The notes below the pieces were generated by a model that had not been told where the DNA came from, did not search any database, and worked only from the letters and a program-made list of their open reading frames with translations. DNA of 64,000 bases from Raillietiella orientalis (taxonomy: Eukaryota): the NCBI GenBank assembly GCA_036172245.1, contig JAYWIR010000001.1, forward strand, positions 9,796,001 through 9,860,000, read 5' to 3'. Each line of letters starts with the position of its first letter. Position 1 is the first letter of the stretch. The translations under genes were made by a program, and so were the position numbers. Below, piece by piece: positions 24,201-36,075 of this stretch.

Positions 24201-27200
24201 AACCCCTGAGGAAGGAAAGAAACAAAGAAAAAAGGAGGAGGGGGAGGAGGAATCTCCTCCGATGCTTGGAGGGCACTCGCCAAGGAAGAGATCGATGCAA
24301 AATTGATAATTCGGCGGCGTCTTCGGCTCCGGAGTCTCCCCGTCCGCAGCAAAGATTACCGAGGAGCGAACCGGGAGATCCTGCGATCTTCCCGGTGCAG
24401 GAGAAGGAGCGCCGCGCGACGTCCGCCGTCCTGGAACGGAGGAGAAGAGGAACGAGCGTGAAAGCAATCGACCCGGAAGGTTCTCGAATGCGGCGAGGGA
24501 ACGTGTGAAACCCGAAGGGAGAAGCTGCAAGGAAATCCCGAGGATCTCCAGAGCGGAAGCCTCCCTCCCCTCCATTCCCTTCCTTCCTTCTGCCGCGGAA
24601 CATCCCCGCGGACGAGGGGAAGCGCTAAGAGGGAAAGCGCCTTCCTTGCGCTGCTGGTTCTGCGTGCCTTGCAGCCGACTACGTGCAGGGGCGGGCGATC
24701 TCCGGTCGGCAGGGGAGCGGACCGGGAAGCTGAACCGAAACGAGGATGCCAGCCAGTCCGGTTGAATCGTAGTACTCGGCTGCTGCTCAGGTGCGGTCAT
24801 CGAGAGCGCGAACAGCAGCAGCAGCAGGCTCCGCAGCAGCACATCTTGGTCCGCGCCTTAGCTTTATGCCAAAAACAAAAACTGGCAGGCGATGGCGTCC
24901 AGCGACTCTGGGTTCGCCACTCCCCTTCCCCGCTCCCATCTCTCCAAAAGTTGGTGGCGGTGTTTCTCGGTGCCTTCTCACATCCGAATGAACTTCGCAC
25001 GCTGCTGCGCTGTTTGCACGCCACGCTCATTCCCGCTATCTGCCGGACTATTCCACGGCGCCGGAGTGCGCGAGGACCTCAAGCGCACACAAGGCCCACC
25101 GACAAACACTCACTTCTTGGGGGAGCGGTCTGCGGCGTATCGCAGTCTGGCAACTGGCTCACGCACACCGCTTCTGGCTAAGTCTATATTTACACCGTGA
25201 CGGCGTCTCTCCCAGAGAACCCCAGCAAGCAAGCATTGTTAGCTGGCTCCTTCGCGAGCTCATTGTTGTAGGGCATCCACGCAGGCGGCAGAGCGAGTCG
25301 TCGGACCATTGTCGAGTCAATAACGGGCCCGCCTGAAGGCGCCGGGACGCAGCTAGGGAGTCATGGGCCCCTCCCTCCCCCCGCTGCGGCGGGGGACGGC
25401 GCGCAGCTCTTCCACAACGTCCACAAGTTCCACGTCTCCAGAGCACTCCCTTCAGAAGCAGTGAGCCTTCCCTTTCGTTCCCGGTTTGCAAGCACATCCT
25501 TGCACGAGAAAGGCCCCTTGCCGGTTGGAACAAAGGGCAGAAAGCAAATGGCAGGGGGCGGTCGTCTCCTCCGGCGACCCCAAACGGTTGGCTGCTCGAA
25601 GCGTTCGCGGATCGGGGAGGCTGCTGCTACTCTCCGCTTGCCACTCTCGCCGAGAGCGAGGCACACCGTCGCCTTCCTGAGGCTGCTCTGCACGGAGTGA
25701 AGGCCTCGTCTCTCCCCTGCGCGCTCCTCGGGAAGCCGGCCGTCTTTCGAACGCGGGGGGGAGCAGCGCGCGCCGCTCTTCGTCTTCCTCATGCGGAAAG
25801 CACGCGCCTCGCCCCGACATTCGCCTCTGCGAGGCGGGAAGGAAGGGACGTCTTTGCGTCTCCGCAGGAGGCGGTCGGGGGACGCCTTGCAGCGAACGTG
25901 CTGCCGCCCGTCCGTCGTTCCCTCAGGTGGCAGCTCCCTCACTGTCCTCTCCCTCGAACGTTCCCTTTTCCTCCTGAGGTCCCAGAGAGGATCACCTTGT
26001 AGTTCCTGGGGAGAGGCAGAAAGGTGGCAGGCTGCTGGATTCCCGCTTGGATGAAGCCTTCACGTTTCCGTCCTTCTCTTCAAGGGAAGCAGCATCAAGC
26101 GAGATCCAAATCCAGCCTGCCGCACCTCCCCACTCCCTGACCAGGTTAAGACGAGTGTGGGAGGTTCGACCAGTGTCCGAACTCTGCTCCTCCTGCCCGA
26201 TGGACTACCGCTCTCCTGAGGGACTCGATGTGCCCCTCCACACTGTGTCCTCCTGGGTCCACACTGCGCTGGGGTGACTCCTCAGCAGAAGCAGCAGAGA
26301 GGAAGAAACCAGAGCAGAAAGGAACCCGAGCTGGCTTTTTCGAGCCGATCTCAACACAGCCTCCGTCCCCTCGACCACCGAGGTCTCTCCGTCCATCACT
26401 CCACGCGTGCGTGGAGAGGCTCCGTTCTCGGCTTTCCCTCCGGAAAACCGGCCGGGTACCTCTAAGTTCTTCTCGGCGATGACGATGGCGCAACTCGGCG
26501 GGGAGGAGACCTCGCGTGTCTTTGCCTAAAGAGCAGCAGCCCTGCGAGTTCCCCGCCATTACGGCGTCTGATTCTTTGCAGCTCGCACCCGTGGCACGGA
26601 CGCTTTGCTCCTCTTCCCATCGAAAGCGGAAGGGAAGCTTACATGATTTATGGGAACTAGGTTTCCCTGGCGGAACCCGAATGTCCAGGAGCATGGCCAA
26701 CGCGAAGTGCCGGGAGCGCCGAGCCCGTCGGCCTCCGCCGGGACGGGAGGCAGCTTCCCCGGTCCGCTGGCATCGCATCTGCGGGAAAGGCCATTAGGAG
26801 TGGCACGATGATGGATTCCGTTTGCCTCCGCGCCGCACGCACGCCGCTCTGACAATCCCAGGGTAAACAGTCTGCAGCAATTTGTTCGCGCTCGGGTCAT
26901 TTGCGTCGCCTGGCGGCGCTCGTCGGCCCTGCCCCCCTTCTTCTTTCCGACTGGGCGAGCCCTTCTTCGGCCGTTCCGAAATCCAACCTTCTTCCTCTCC
27001 CCTGCCCCGCATCGCCGAGCAGCGGGAACGGGGAACTTCCTCCTCCTCCCTTCTTCCTCCCAGAGCCCCGCCCGCACTGCCAATTTATCCCGAGGAACCC
27101 CGCTCGCTGGCGAGGGCCGTCGCCAGCCATCAGGCGGAAAACGCTGGCCGCGGATCTACAGGGTAACAAAAAAAAGAAGAGAAAAGAAAAGAAAGGCACA

Positions 27201-30200
27201 TGGTGACTGCAAGCGGACAAACGGGAGCAGGATGGCAGGAGCGCAACAGGGGCACCGCGAGGGAAGGGAACGGGAGACCAACACGCGACACTCGCGCTAC
27301 AGATTCAGCCAGGAGAGCGACAGCAGTCTTCGTGAGGAGGCTCCACCTATTGCCGCGGGTCAGGGCACGCGGGGGAGAGCGTGGGGGTATGAGCGTGGAC
27401 CATCGAGAGCCCAGCGTCTCGGGCAACACTGCTCTGAGTGACGGCAGGCGCACCCGAGAGAAGTGGCGGCTCCTGCGGACGTGAGGAAAGTCGCGCCCAG
27501 CTAGCCGTCCGGTCGTGCTACGAAGCAGGGGTCCAGCTCTCTCTCTCCCCTCACTCCGTCTTCTCGCTTCCCAATGACATCCATCCCGATTCCCTTCCTT
27601 CTTTCCTCCTCCTCCTCCGCTGGGACGTTCTGAGCGCGCCGCTGGATTTCGCGAGCTGCGGGAAGCCGCGCACTCAGTTGATCTCTGGCGGTTTGCCGTC
27701 GGACGTCACCGTCCTCCCTGCCATCTAGAAGGACTTCGGAGAAGCTCCGGCCGCGGGCGTGTAACGAGAAGCCCTGCTCTCACCATCTCCCTCGAGTCTA
27801 ATGGTCCGGTCGTCCGAAGGAGGAACGAGAAGTCTCCTCCGAGATGCATCCCATCACTTTACGCCTTTCTGGAACGGAGGTTCCACAGAGGGAACAAGAT
27901 ATGGCCGCCACAGGAAGCACGTAAGCGCGCGCCCGTCCATCTTCTTCTACCAGAAGGCCCATCCGCCCTCTCATTCGGATTCCGTCCTTCCGCTTCCCCC
28001 ACCGTCTCAAATATCGTCCTTACCCTGAGGAACCACGCCCTGCTTCCCTCCTCCGGTCTCCCGGCAAGGTCCCGCAGGCCACCCCTTCCGGCGCAGGAGG
28101 ATGGAAACCTCGGGAAATCGCGCAGGGAACGACAGGATCGTCTCTTTTTCTTGCTTCAATCCCCTTTCTCCTCCTTCCCTCCCCTCTCGTCCCGCGATGG
28201 CTCCCTCGGGATACGTGCGTTCCCGTCGCCTCCGAAACCAGCGGCAGCCCTACCCGAACGCTTCCGCTTCGCTCCTTTCACAAATTGAAATCCGGGAACA
28301 GTCTCTCCTTAAATGACGGCGACCGAGAAGGCGACTGCGGCAGCAGCGATGACGGTGAGCTGCTAAGGGAGTTCCGGAAACGTGCGCATCAGAGGCTCCC
28401 TGCACGGCCGGGGAGGGACTCCATCCAGGGGTGGGGGAGCGCAAAACAAGAAAATCCCACAGGGGATGAGAGACAGGGGAAGAGAGAGAGCAGCACTATT
28501 CTGCTGCCCTCCCCGGTTTGGTTCCTCGGATCGACCGCAGATGGCAGAGGAGGAGAATGCGAACTCTGTTGCTGGAAGTTTGGAAGTGACCCGCACCGTC
28601 TCTCTCCCCCCCTTTGGCTCCCCAGGAGGATCAGGGTACGAGTCTGCAGCTCTGGAACGCTGCTGCAAATACACTCCCAGAGCATAATCCGGAGGGAAGG
28701 AAGAGAGAACGGGGAAAGTTTCTCTTTAGGAAGGGGCAGATGGGCTTGCCGGTGCACCTGGATGGCGCGGGAAAAAGTAGACGAGTTCAGGAAATGAGAA
28801 ATGGAGCATCGAGAAGTGAAGGACCTTCGAGTTGGATTGGGAATGAGAGGAAGGGAAGGGAGACGGCAGGAGAGACCATGGTGTGTTTCTCCTGTTCACC
28901 ATAAGACGCGGACATCGGAGAGGAGAGCGCCCTCTCCGAGAAAGGACGCCAACCATTCGAAGCTCTGGAGGTGGGTGCGAGGTGGCAGCGCCCAGGAACC
29001 CGAGTCCGCATGACGTTTGCAGAGCTGGAATGAGCCCTCTAGAGGAGATAGGAGGAAGGGGAGGCAGAAGCAGATGCTACTATTGAACTCCCAGGAAGAC
29101 CCCGTAATAGTGGGTGCAGCACTCCTTGGGAGAGGCTGCCACTCCTTCCGGGAGTGAGCGCCCACGGCAGCGCGAGGACAACACAACCCTTCCCGCTACT
29201 CCTCCGCTCGCCGTCGCCGCATACGCATCAGTTGTGGAGATGGCTTGGTTGTGCGGCAGCGGTCCTCCGCCCCCAGAGCCAAGGAGGAATCGCGCCGGAA
29301 AACAGCGAGGGGACGAACCGGAAAGGCACGCTTCCGACCCGGGTAGTCGGGACCTCCCAAGGTTGCGGCCACTGCGAGGTCACAACAGGGCGCCGTCGCT
29401 CTGAGGAGGCTAGGGCAGTTCCCCCCACCTCCAGCGCTCGCTTCTAGGGCTCCTTCTCTTAGGTGCGCCGCCTGAAGGGGCAACTGCCCACGCAACCCAG
29501 AGGACAGGAGGGGGTCGTCCCTTCTTTCTCGCCTACGACCTCGCGGTTAACCGTCCCCACCTTGCCCCGCCGTCTATCCCCGAAGTGCCCTTGACGACCT
29601 TTTCCTCCCTCTCATCCTCAAAGGGGGAGGAAGGGAACGCTCATGGCACCTGGAGCTGTGCCTGAGAGGCGCGTCGCGCTGATCCTGATGCCTCCCTCGC
29701 GGTCCCCGGAGGGGTGGGCGGACAGCGTCCAATCAGCGCGCGATAGCCTTAGGGAGGTTCGCCTCCGAGCTGTCAGATGCCGTATGAGAGACTACCGGGA
29801 TCCATTGCGCTCCAGAAGCCCTGGAAGATTCTGAAGACACCCTGATGGAGAGGGTGCGGCCTCCCTCCCCCCCCTCCTTGGAAAAAAACTTCCGGGTTTC
29901 ATGCTGACTGCTCTGCCTCTCGGTCCGCATCCAGGAGACGGGGGAGGGTCCGAGTACCATCCTTCTGGAGTTGAGTGGAGGGAGGGAGTGCACTTTTTCT
30001 CCTTCCGATCTTTCGCCCACGGGTGTGCGGAGGGGAGTGTCAAGGCCTCAGGCAGAGGTCTTGGGGGTCTGCGAGCGGGAAGGCAGGGAATGACCTTCGC
30101 CTGTGCCCTCCTTCTCCTTCTCCCGCGACCATGAGTAGCTCCCAAAGGGGACCTCGTCTACCCACCGGATCAAGAATTGGCGACCCTTCGAGGGAAGGGT

Positions 30201-30669
30201 CCTTGGCCTTCCCACCCTCGCAGCACCGCCATCGGCAATGCCAGGGAAGGAGGAGACCAGAGAGACGGGTACCCCCCTCCCATACACACCGGGACGCAGA
30301 GGACAATTATCCCCCCTCCACGGGGGCTGTCCTCCCGCGGGGAGGTCGCCGCCTCTCGGCGTTCGTCCCTCCGCCGACCCGGAGACGAGCGTTAGCGGCG
30401 ACGATACTGCACGCCACCCGGTTGGGCGGGCTCTCCTCGCGATCCCAGCTGCGACGCCTCGCCCGCTCGACAAGGCAGGGGAGGCGTTCGGTTCGCGCAG
30501 GGAGCGGAGTGGCAGGCGAGTGCCTGAATGGAGGAGACGCGGGAGGATGGGGGGATGGGGGATGTGCCCACGGGTGCGTGTATTCGTTCCGGGAGGAGGC
30601 CGTTGGGAGGGAAATGCAGAGGTGCAGCTTCCTCCGGGGCGGAGCAACTCCTGCCGTCGTGTCTGCTGC

Positions 30670-32821
30670 TCACTTCCGGACGCGCGGCGTCGCTTGGCAC
30701 GACTTCTCCGGGAGCCACCCTCTCCTGGAGGTGGCGAGGAGACCCGAGCTGCTCGCGATGCCCCGGGAGATGGTCTCGCTGAGCCTCTCGACGGTCTCCT
30801 GCAGCTCGGCAATACGGTGATCCTTGAGGTCTATCACCTGCTCCAGGTTGGTTATCTTCAGGGGAGAGGGAGAGAGGGCGGTGAGGAGGGTGCGCCCCTC
30901 TGCATACCTTCGAACGGAGGAGACAGACCAAATCTTCCAGCTTCGCCTTCTCCTCTCCTGCGTCTTCCAGGGATGGGGCGGCACGGGTGCGGGCGGAAGC
31001 TGCGACGAGGGACGCCTGCGAAGAGGGTCTCCTCGCCGGGGCGAAGGCCGCGACCGGGAGCGCGCCGCCGCCCCTGGAGGCGTCCGACGGGCACAGGGCG
31101 AAGAGCGCATCGTCGTCATCGCTGCCGCCGCCATCATCGACCAGCCCCGCCCTCGCAGGGCCTGCCCGCTCCCTCCTCTGCCTGAGCAGTTCCTCCACCT
31201 TGAACCTCAGGGCCAGCAGCAACGTCAGGAGGCTCTGTCGGTCCGAAGCCACCAGGCGACTCAAGAGTTCGGGTCCCACACGTATGCCCAGCTTCCGGAG
31301 CACCTGGGAAAGAGGTAGGGGGTGGCAGGGGGGAAGGGGAACGGTGCCGGGGTCGTGAACGGCGCGCCTCCCGTCTTTCCACTTAGTGGGGTCCAGGAAG
31401 CGCCCAGAAGCGACTGCACCTCAGCCGTCTCTCGCTGCGCGCTCGCTCGCTCGCTCGCTGTAAGACGGGCTTCGTTTCCAGGGAAACCAAGTGCAGGGGA
31501 GTGGGAGTGGGGGACACGGGCGCGAGCATCGCACCTTCGAACTGAGCGTCTCCCAGTTGACCCTCTTGGCGCAGCTGCTGTTGGCCGGCGCGTAATTGTG
31601 CAGGTCGACTTTCTCCGGGAAGAAGTGGTGGACGATCTCGGCGCACAGCACTGCAACGGAGACAAGAAGAGGTTGAGGGGCCGGCGGCGCCCTGTTGCTC
31701 GGGAAAATGTCCTCGACTGCCGGGCAGGCGACCCTTCCGCCGCACGAGGACGGGCCGCTCCCATCCGAAACCCGGACGTCTGCCGGCAGGCGGAACGGCC
31801 GGCTCCGCGCTCCCTCGGAGGCAGACGGAGGTCAGCCCTGCCGCCATGGACCACTGGAAATCTCGTCCGAGTGCCCGGGAACCACCGGTCCGGAGCGAGA
31901 GGCCAGCATGCCCTTTCGCTTTCTTTCTCCCAAGCGCGCCGCTGTCCGACGTCTTGCGAGCGCAGGTCTCCCGGAAATGTCCGAAGGGCGGCAGCTCGCC
32001 CGATGTGTGCGGAGCACACCGAGGGGGCCTCCGAAGAACGGAACGGAACAAGCGGGCTCGGCTCCGATCCCACGCGTCGCATGCCGGGGTCCCCGCGAGC
32101 AAACGGTGCCCGGCTTCGAAGGGGCCAGAATCCCACGCGTGTCCTGGTTACCGGCTGGCCTAACCCTGGTCAGCAAACGCGACTCCTCCGCCGCCGCCGC
32201 CGCCAAGCGGTCCCGGAGGCAATCCTGGGATCGTGCGGTTCGTCTCGGCGTACTCGCGGACCGCGTTAAGTTCCATGCCTAGACCTCGGCAACCCGCAGG
32301 TGGACGTCCACTCGTCGCGCCAGCACCCGACGACTACGGGACCGCGAAGTTCGCCCGGCGCATCCTCTTTTTTATTCTAGCCCACTTGGCTGGAAACTCG
32401 GAGCAAAGCAAACACGGTGCGGTAAACAAAGACTTGTTTTTTTCGCATCCGAAAGTTAATCTCTCCGGCTCGCTCGGGCGAGAAGAAAGTTGGTAGGTGC
32501 GCGGGGGGGCAGCACCGACTTGCAAATCTTAACCCAAATTCGCCAGCGGCCCACTCGGGGCCGAAATCGCACGCAATGCGCGATTCCCCGGGTCGCTATG
32601 AGACTTTGTGATTTGATTACTCGCGAGAGCCGTTATGCCAACCGAGTGAACGAGCCCAGCGAGAAGAATTTGCTTTAATTTGGCTTACCACCGTCAGAGA
32701 AATCCCTAAGCATTTTCCTTTTCTGGCGGGAAAGAGGAATGTCTTCTATCCATTGCCAAATTTTTTCCGATTCTTCTGAAGCGATCCCATCGTTTTCAAT
32801 TTCACTTTCCATAAATTTCAT
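30670..32821 (-). CDS. SPEF1: Sperm flagellar protein 1 (SPEF1/CLAMP): CH-like domain plus C-terminal coiled coil; 4 exons, 276 aa
   Basis: Exons on the minus strand: 32821-32689 MKFMESEIENDGIASEESEKIWQWIEDIPLSRQKRKMLRDFSDG(g|gtaag); 31650-31535 VLCAEIVHHFFPEKVDLHNYAPANSSCAKRVNWETLSSK; 31303-30908 VLRKLGIRVG...LEDLVCLLRSK; 30855-30670 ITNLEQVIDLKDHRIAELQETVERL...RK*. All introns are GT-AG with consistent phases (831 nt total). The motifs match recalled SPEF1 signatures IPLSRPKRNxxRDFSDG, HNYxPANS..K..NW and LEHLLQLKxxRIxxL. Confidence 0.9.
31474..31487. promoter_or_regulatory. RFX X-box GTTTCCAGGGAAAC in SPEF1 intron 2
   Basis: Near-perfect palindromic X-box inside a ciliary gene; RFX is the established regulator of ciliary genes. 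Confidence 0.45.
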
Positions 32822-33112
32822 CTTGAGTTTACAATATCGCCATACTGTCCGCCATGTTCGTTCCGGATGCCCTCAACAATGGTTCATGCATGCAACGTGC
32901 GATTAAATAAATATATTCAGTAATAAATAAGCGCATATGAAAGAGTGGGTGGTGGGAAGGTATAAATCAGAAGAACAGTTTTCTTTAAATAAATAGTTAA
33001 TCTATAAACGGTCTTGAAAGGCAGGATTTCCCATTTTTTATTATTAGGCATAAATAATGAACGCGGCTTTCAAAAGTGCCAAAAACAAACAAAGAAACAA
33101 GCGAAAAAACCT

Positions 33113-35900
33113 TCACTGCATATTTAAAATCACGTTTATGGTTCCTCTCTCGGGTGTGGGCCTACTGTATCCAAAATGTACAATTTCTATCCAATTACAA
33201 TGTTCGATAAAGTCATCCTGAATATTGAAACCTGTTATCTGATCTCCCTACTCTGCGCGATGCATCCATATTACTGAGCTCACTGATCTATTTCAGAATT
33301 TCCTTCTATTATACATGTTCCCTTCTCCTCTCGGAATAATTGTGCTTTCCCAACTCTAAACAAATAATGGTTTCCAATGCAATGTAAGGGTAGTTTACAT
33401 CCCGCTCTGCCGTATTGGGCTAATCAATGGGTATCTTCCTATTTTTTTTTTTTTCTTCTTTTTCCTTACTAGATTGGCGCGCTCTTATCTTTGAAGTGAT
33501 TTTCCAGGGAATCATTTGCGTTGAAAACAACCTGAGCAGATTATTTAGCATCGCAGCATTTGCTATCGCTGCACACTTTCTGTTTTTCGAATGCTTGTGT
33601 TCATCCTTTTTCCAGAGTATGCTGAGCGTGTTGCCAGAACGATGATAGCTCTAGACCTGATTGCTGTTATTTCTTCTGTTAAACCAAAATTGGAAAAATC
33701 GTGTCTTGACAGGAACGATGGAGAGTGTGCCAGGAGGTAAATAACTTCTGGGCTTCGCCTGGATGAATGTTCCGTGCGAAGTTTTTCGGTGAAATGTTCG
33801 GCTTCTAACTTCCAAAGCCTTCGTTCGACGGCAAGCAGAAGGCAGTAGGAATGCTGGGCATCGGCAAGCAGTTCGAGTACTCCCACAGACCTGTGTGTGA
33901 TATACGTTGGTTCTCTCCGGAATTCCTCCACTCACAGAATTTTTCGTGGGCTCAGACGGGGGGGTCCACAGTCAGACATCCAAATCTGCAGCCTCCTGAG
34001 GAGCGAAGCTTTGGGAACAAATCCGAAAAAGTGAATTAGCAATGAGCTATGGAATGAAAGCGACGTCACAGTGGATTTGTTCCAAGTGTCGCCAACTGCC
34101 CTGCCTCCGCTTTAAACTCCAGCGTTTGATAGATTTTGAGGCAAAACCAAAAGGAAAAGGGAAGAAAGCAAACCGAATTCTTGCGAGTCTTAGCGAAACA
34201 AAAGTACCCAGATTTGAGGGAGAATTAACCAAAGAGGGATGAGGGCACTTCCCGAACTCTCTAAGGAGAAGGCCAGGGATCAATGTGGCTTCCAAGGCGA
34301 TTTTCCAAATGACTTATGCAGCGTTTCAAAATGCTGCGGATGGAGTCTTGGCAAAGTTCAGAATCGCGTGGTTCGCCTTCGTCTTTCATCTGCAGGATGC
34401 GTTCAGTGGCCTTCTAGACCATTTCCGCGGCTTCGATGTCGAAACTGACAAAAATGACAAATGTGGCTGCTTCCGAGGTTATTGAGGATAAACCCTTCAG
34501 CCATGGTTTGTTTGGTTTCTAACTGTTCAAAGAGTGACTGGAAAACACCGCAGTAGTTGCAATCCCACAACGCCCTCATTACACTCGATTACATCTTTGA
34601 GGTTTTGTGTGTGTGCGTGTTATGTAAAGCTGTCCCTCCAACTTAACTCAGTGAGCCATTTGGCTGCTTAGCGACTGCGGCGCACTGCTGACCCGCCGCA
34701 CGAGAGATGCAAGACGCATCCCAGAGCTCTCCGTGATGAACACTTAACCTTTTCCGGAAACCTTCTTGTCAACTTCCTTCGCTGCGCCCGTCGGCGTGTT
34801 CCAAAGTCATCTGGCGAAGCCACGTGCATTTTCCCCTTCCTCTGTGTGTAAGAGACGGCAAACCTTTTGCAACAAGCCAGCTTGTACCGAGACTACTCGT
34901 CTCTTAGGCGACGGAAACGCAGCTCGTCTCAGCATCTTTAGCAAAAAAAAAAAAAAATCGTCCATTCGTAACTCCTATCAAACAAAGAGCCCACTGGAAA
35001 CAGTTGCACCTGGTGGCGCAACTTGTGCCACATAATTAAAATGGCCTTAGGTAGACGAGATAGAAATGGAAGAGTCCGAATTAGTTCCATGAAATCACTT
35101 CCAGCTTCATGATTTCTGGAAATGGGTGCAGTACATTGGGATACAGTGCCATCGGAATATCCATAAAGTCTTGTTCTTCCCATGGATCCGGGGCACATCG
35201 CACGCGCATCTGAGAAAACTGATGCTGTTCCGTCCCTTGAAAAATCGGCTGTTCCCAAACTCGGGAAGCTCCTCCGCTCCTGGAACGCTTGCTGCAAGAT
35301 CATCTGAGCCTTCTCTTTTGCTAAGTCTCCGTCTGCATCCCATGCTGACCATAACTCCTATCTACAACATATCATCAGTGTTTATTGTATTGGCGCCTTG
35401 GAACTGCTGGCATCGAGCGGATGTGGGAGCAGAACTCCTCATCGTGCAGCCAGCCAGTTTCCACGGTTTCATCTTCGGACGGTTTTTTCTAGTTGAAAAC
35501 ACGGGGCTCCAAACAGAAAGCCAATTTTTGCAGGCGAAGCACTGCAAAATGGTCCAAGATGAAATTCCCACTTTCGTGGCAGTCCGAGACGACTTCAAGT
35601 GGTTCTCCTCTCTTAAAAGGGGATAAATCAAAACAGCACGGTAAAAACAGTGATGATCGCCCACTTTCGCGAGCTTGATGGGAAGACAAATGCGACCTTG
35701 AAGTTCCCCGACCTTTTGATTTCTTGTCCCCCGACGGTCTCCAGTCTCCGTGCCAATGCAGCTTTTCGCTTTGCAGCACACCTAAATTATATGCCGCATC
35801 CCCCTTCTTGCAAAGCGACTCGATTTTCTGAATTTCGACACGAGCGTTTCCGAGCCCTTCTGTTAGCTGGCGATGAGCACGTGCAGGGGAATCCAAAGTT
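33113..35900 (-). CDS. Candidate uncharacterised multi-exon gene (model incomplete)
   Basis: Exon-like segments bounded by AG/GT: ELWSAWDADGDLAKEKAQMILQQAFQERRSF...IMWHKLRHQ (about 35360-35010); KATERILQMKDEGEPRDSELCQDSIRSILKRCISHLENRL (about 34415-34290); RLQIWMSDCGPPRLSPRKIL joined across a 45-nt GTGAGT..CACAG intron (33935-33891) to SVGVLELLADAQHSYCLLLAVERRLW. There is also a 52-nt candidate intron at 33283-33232 and a minus-strand AATAAA at 33042-33037. No family was recognised and not all phases reconcile. Confidence 0.35.
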
Positions 35901-36075
35901 TCACGTTCTTCGGTACTGACCGCAATTTTTTCCGATTTTTTCTTTTTTTTTTTTTACTGATCTTCGTTTGGATTCTTTCCGTAGACATGGCAACGCAGCA
36001 ATCGAAAGCCATTCGCTCGGACAACAATTGGGAGGCCTAACTCGAGATCTGAAAAAGCAGCTTCGGTCCCCGACA

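Noticed and set aside
24195..24842. Apparent signal peptide MLLRSLLLLLFALS, or Cys-rich peptide MCCCGACCCCCSRSR
   Set aside because: Both derive from a (CTG)n microsatellite, and the signal-peptide frame begins with GTG rather than ATG.
16000..26000. Dozens of overlapping 150-350 aa Arg/Pro/Gly/Ala-rich ORFs
   Set aside because: Expected from stop-codon scarcity at this GC level. They are open in many frames at once and show no recognisable domains.
27800..29950. Resemblance of SGY/SGF and EGW snippets to PPP1R32/SAXO4
   Set aside because: Only 3-4 residue matches, out of order and in unlinked frames, so it is not supportable.
31855..31915. GLSLRTGGSRALGRDF as SPEF1 exon 1
   Set aside because: A far better match (IPLSRQKRKMLRDFSDG with a GTAAG donor) exists at 32821-32689.
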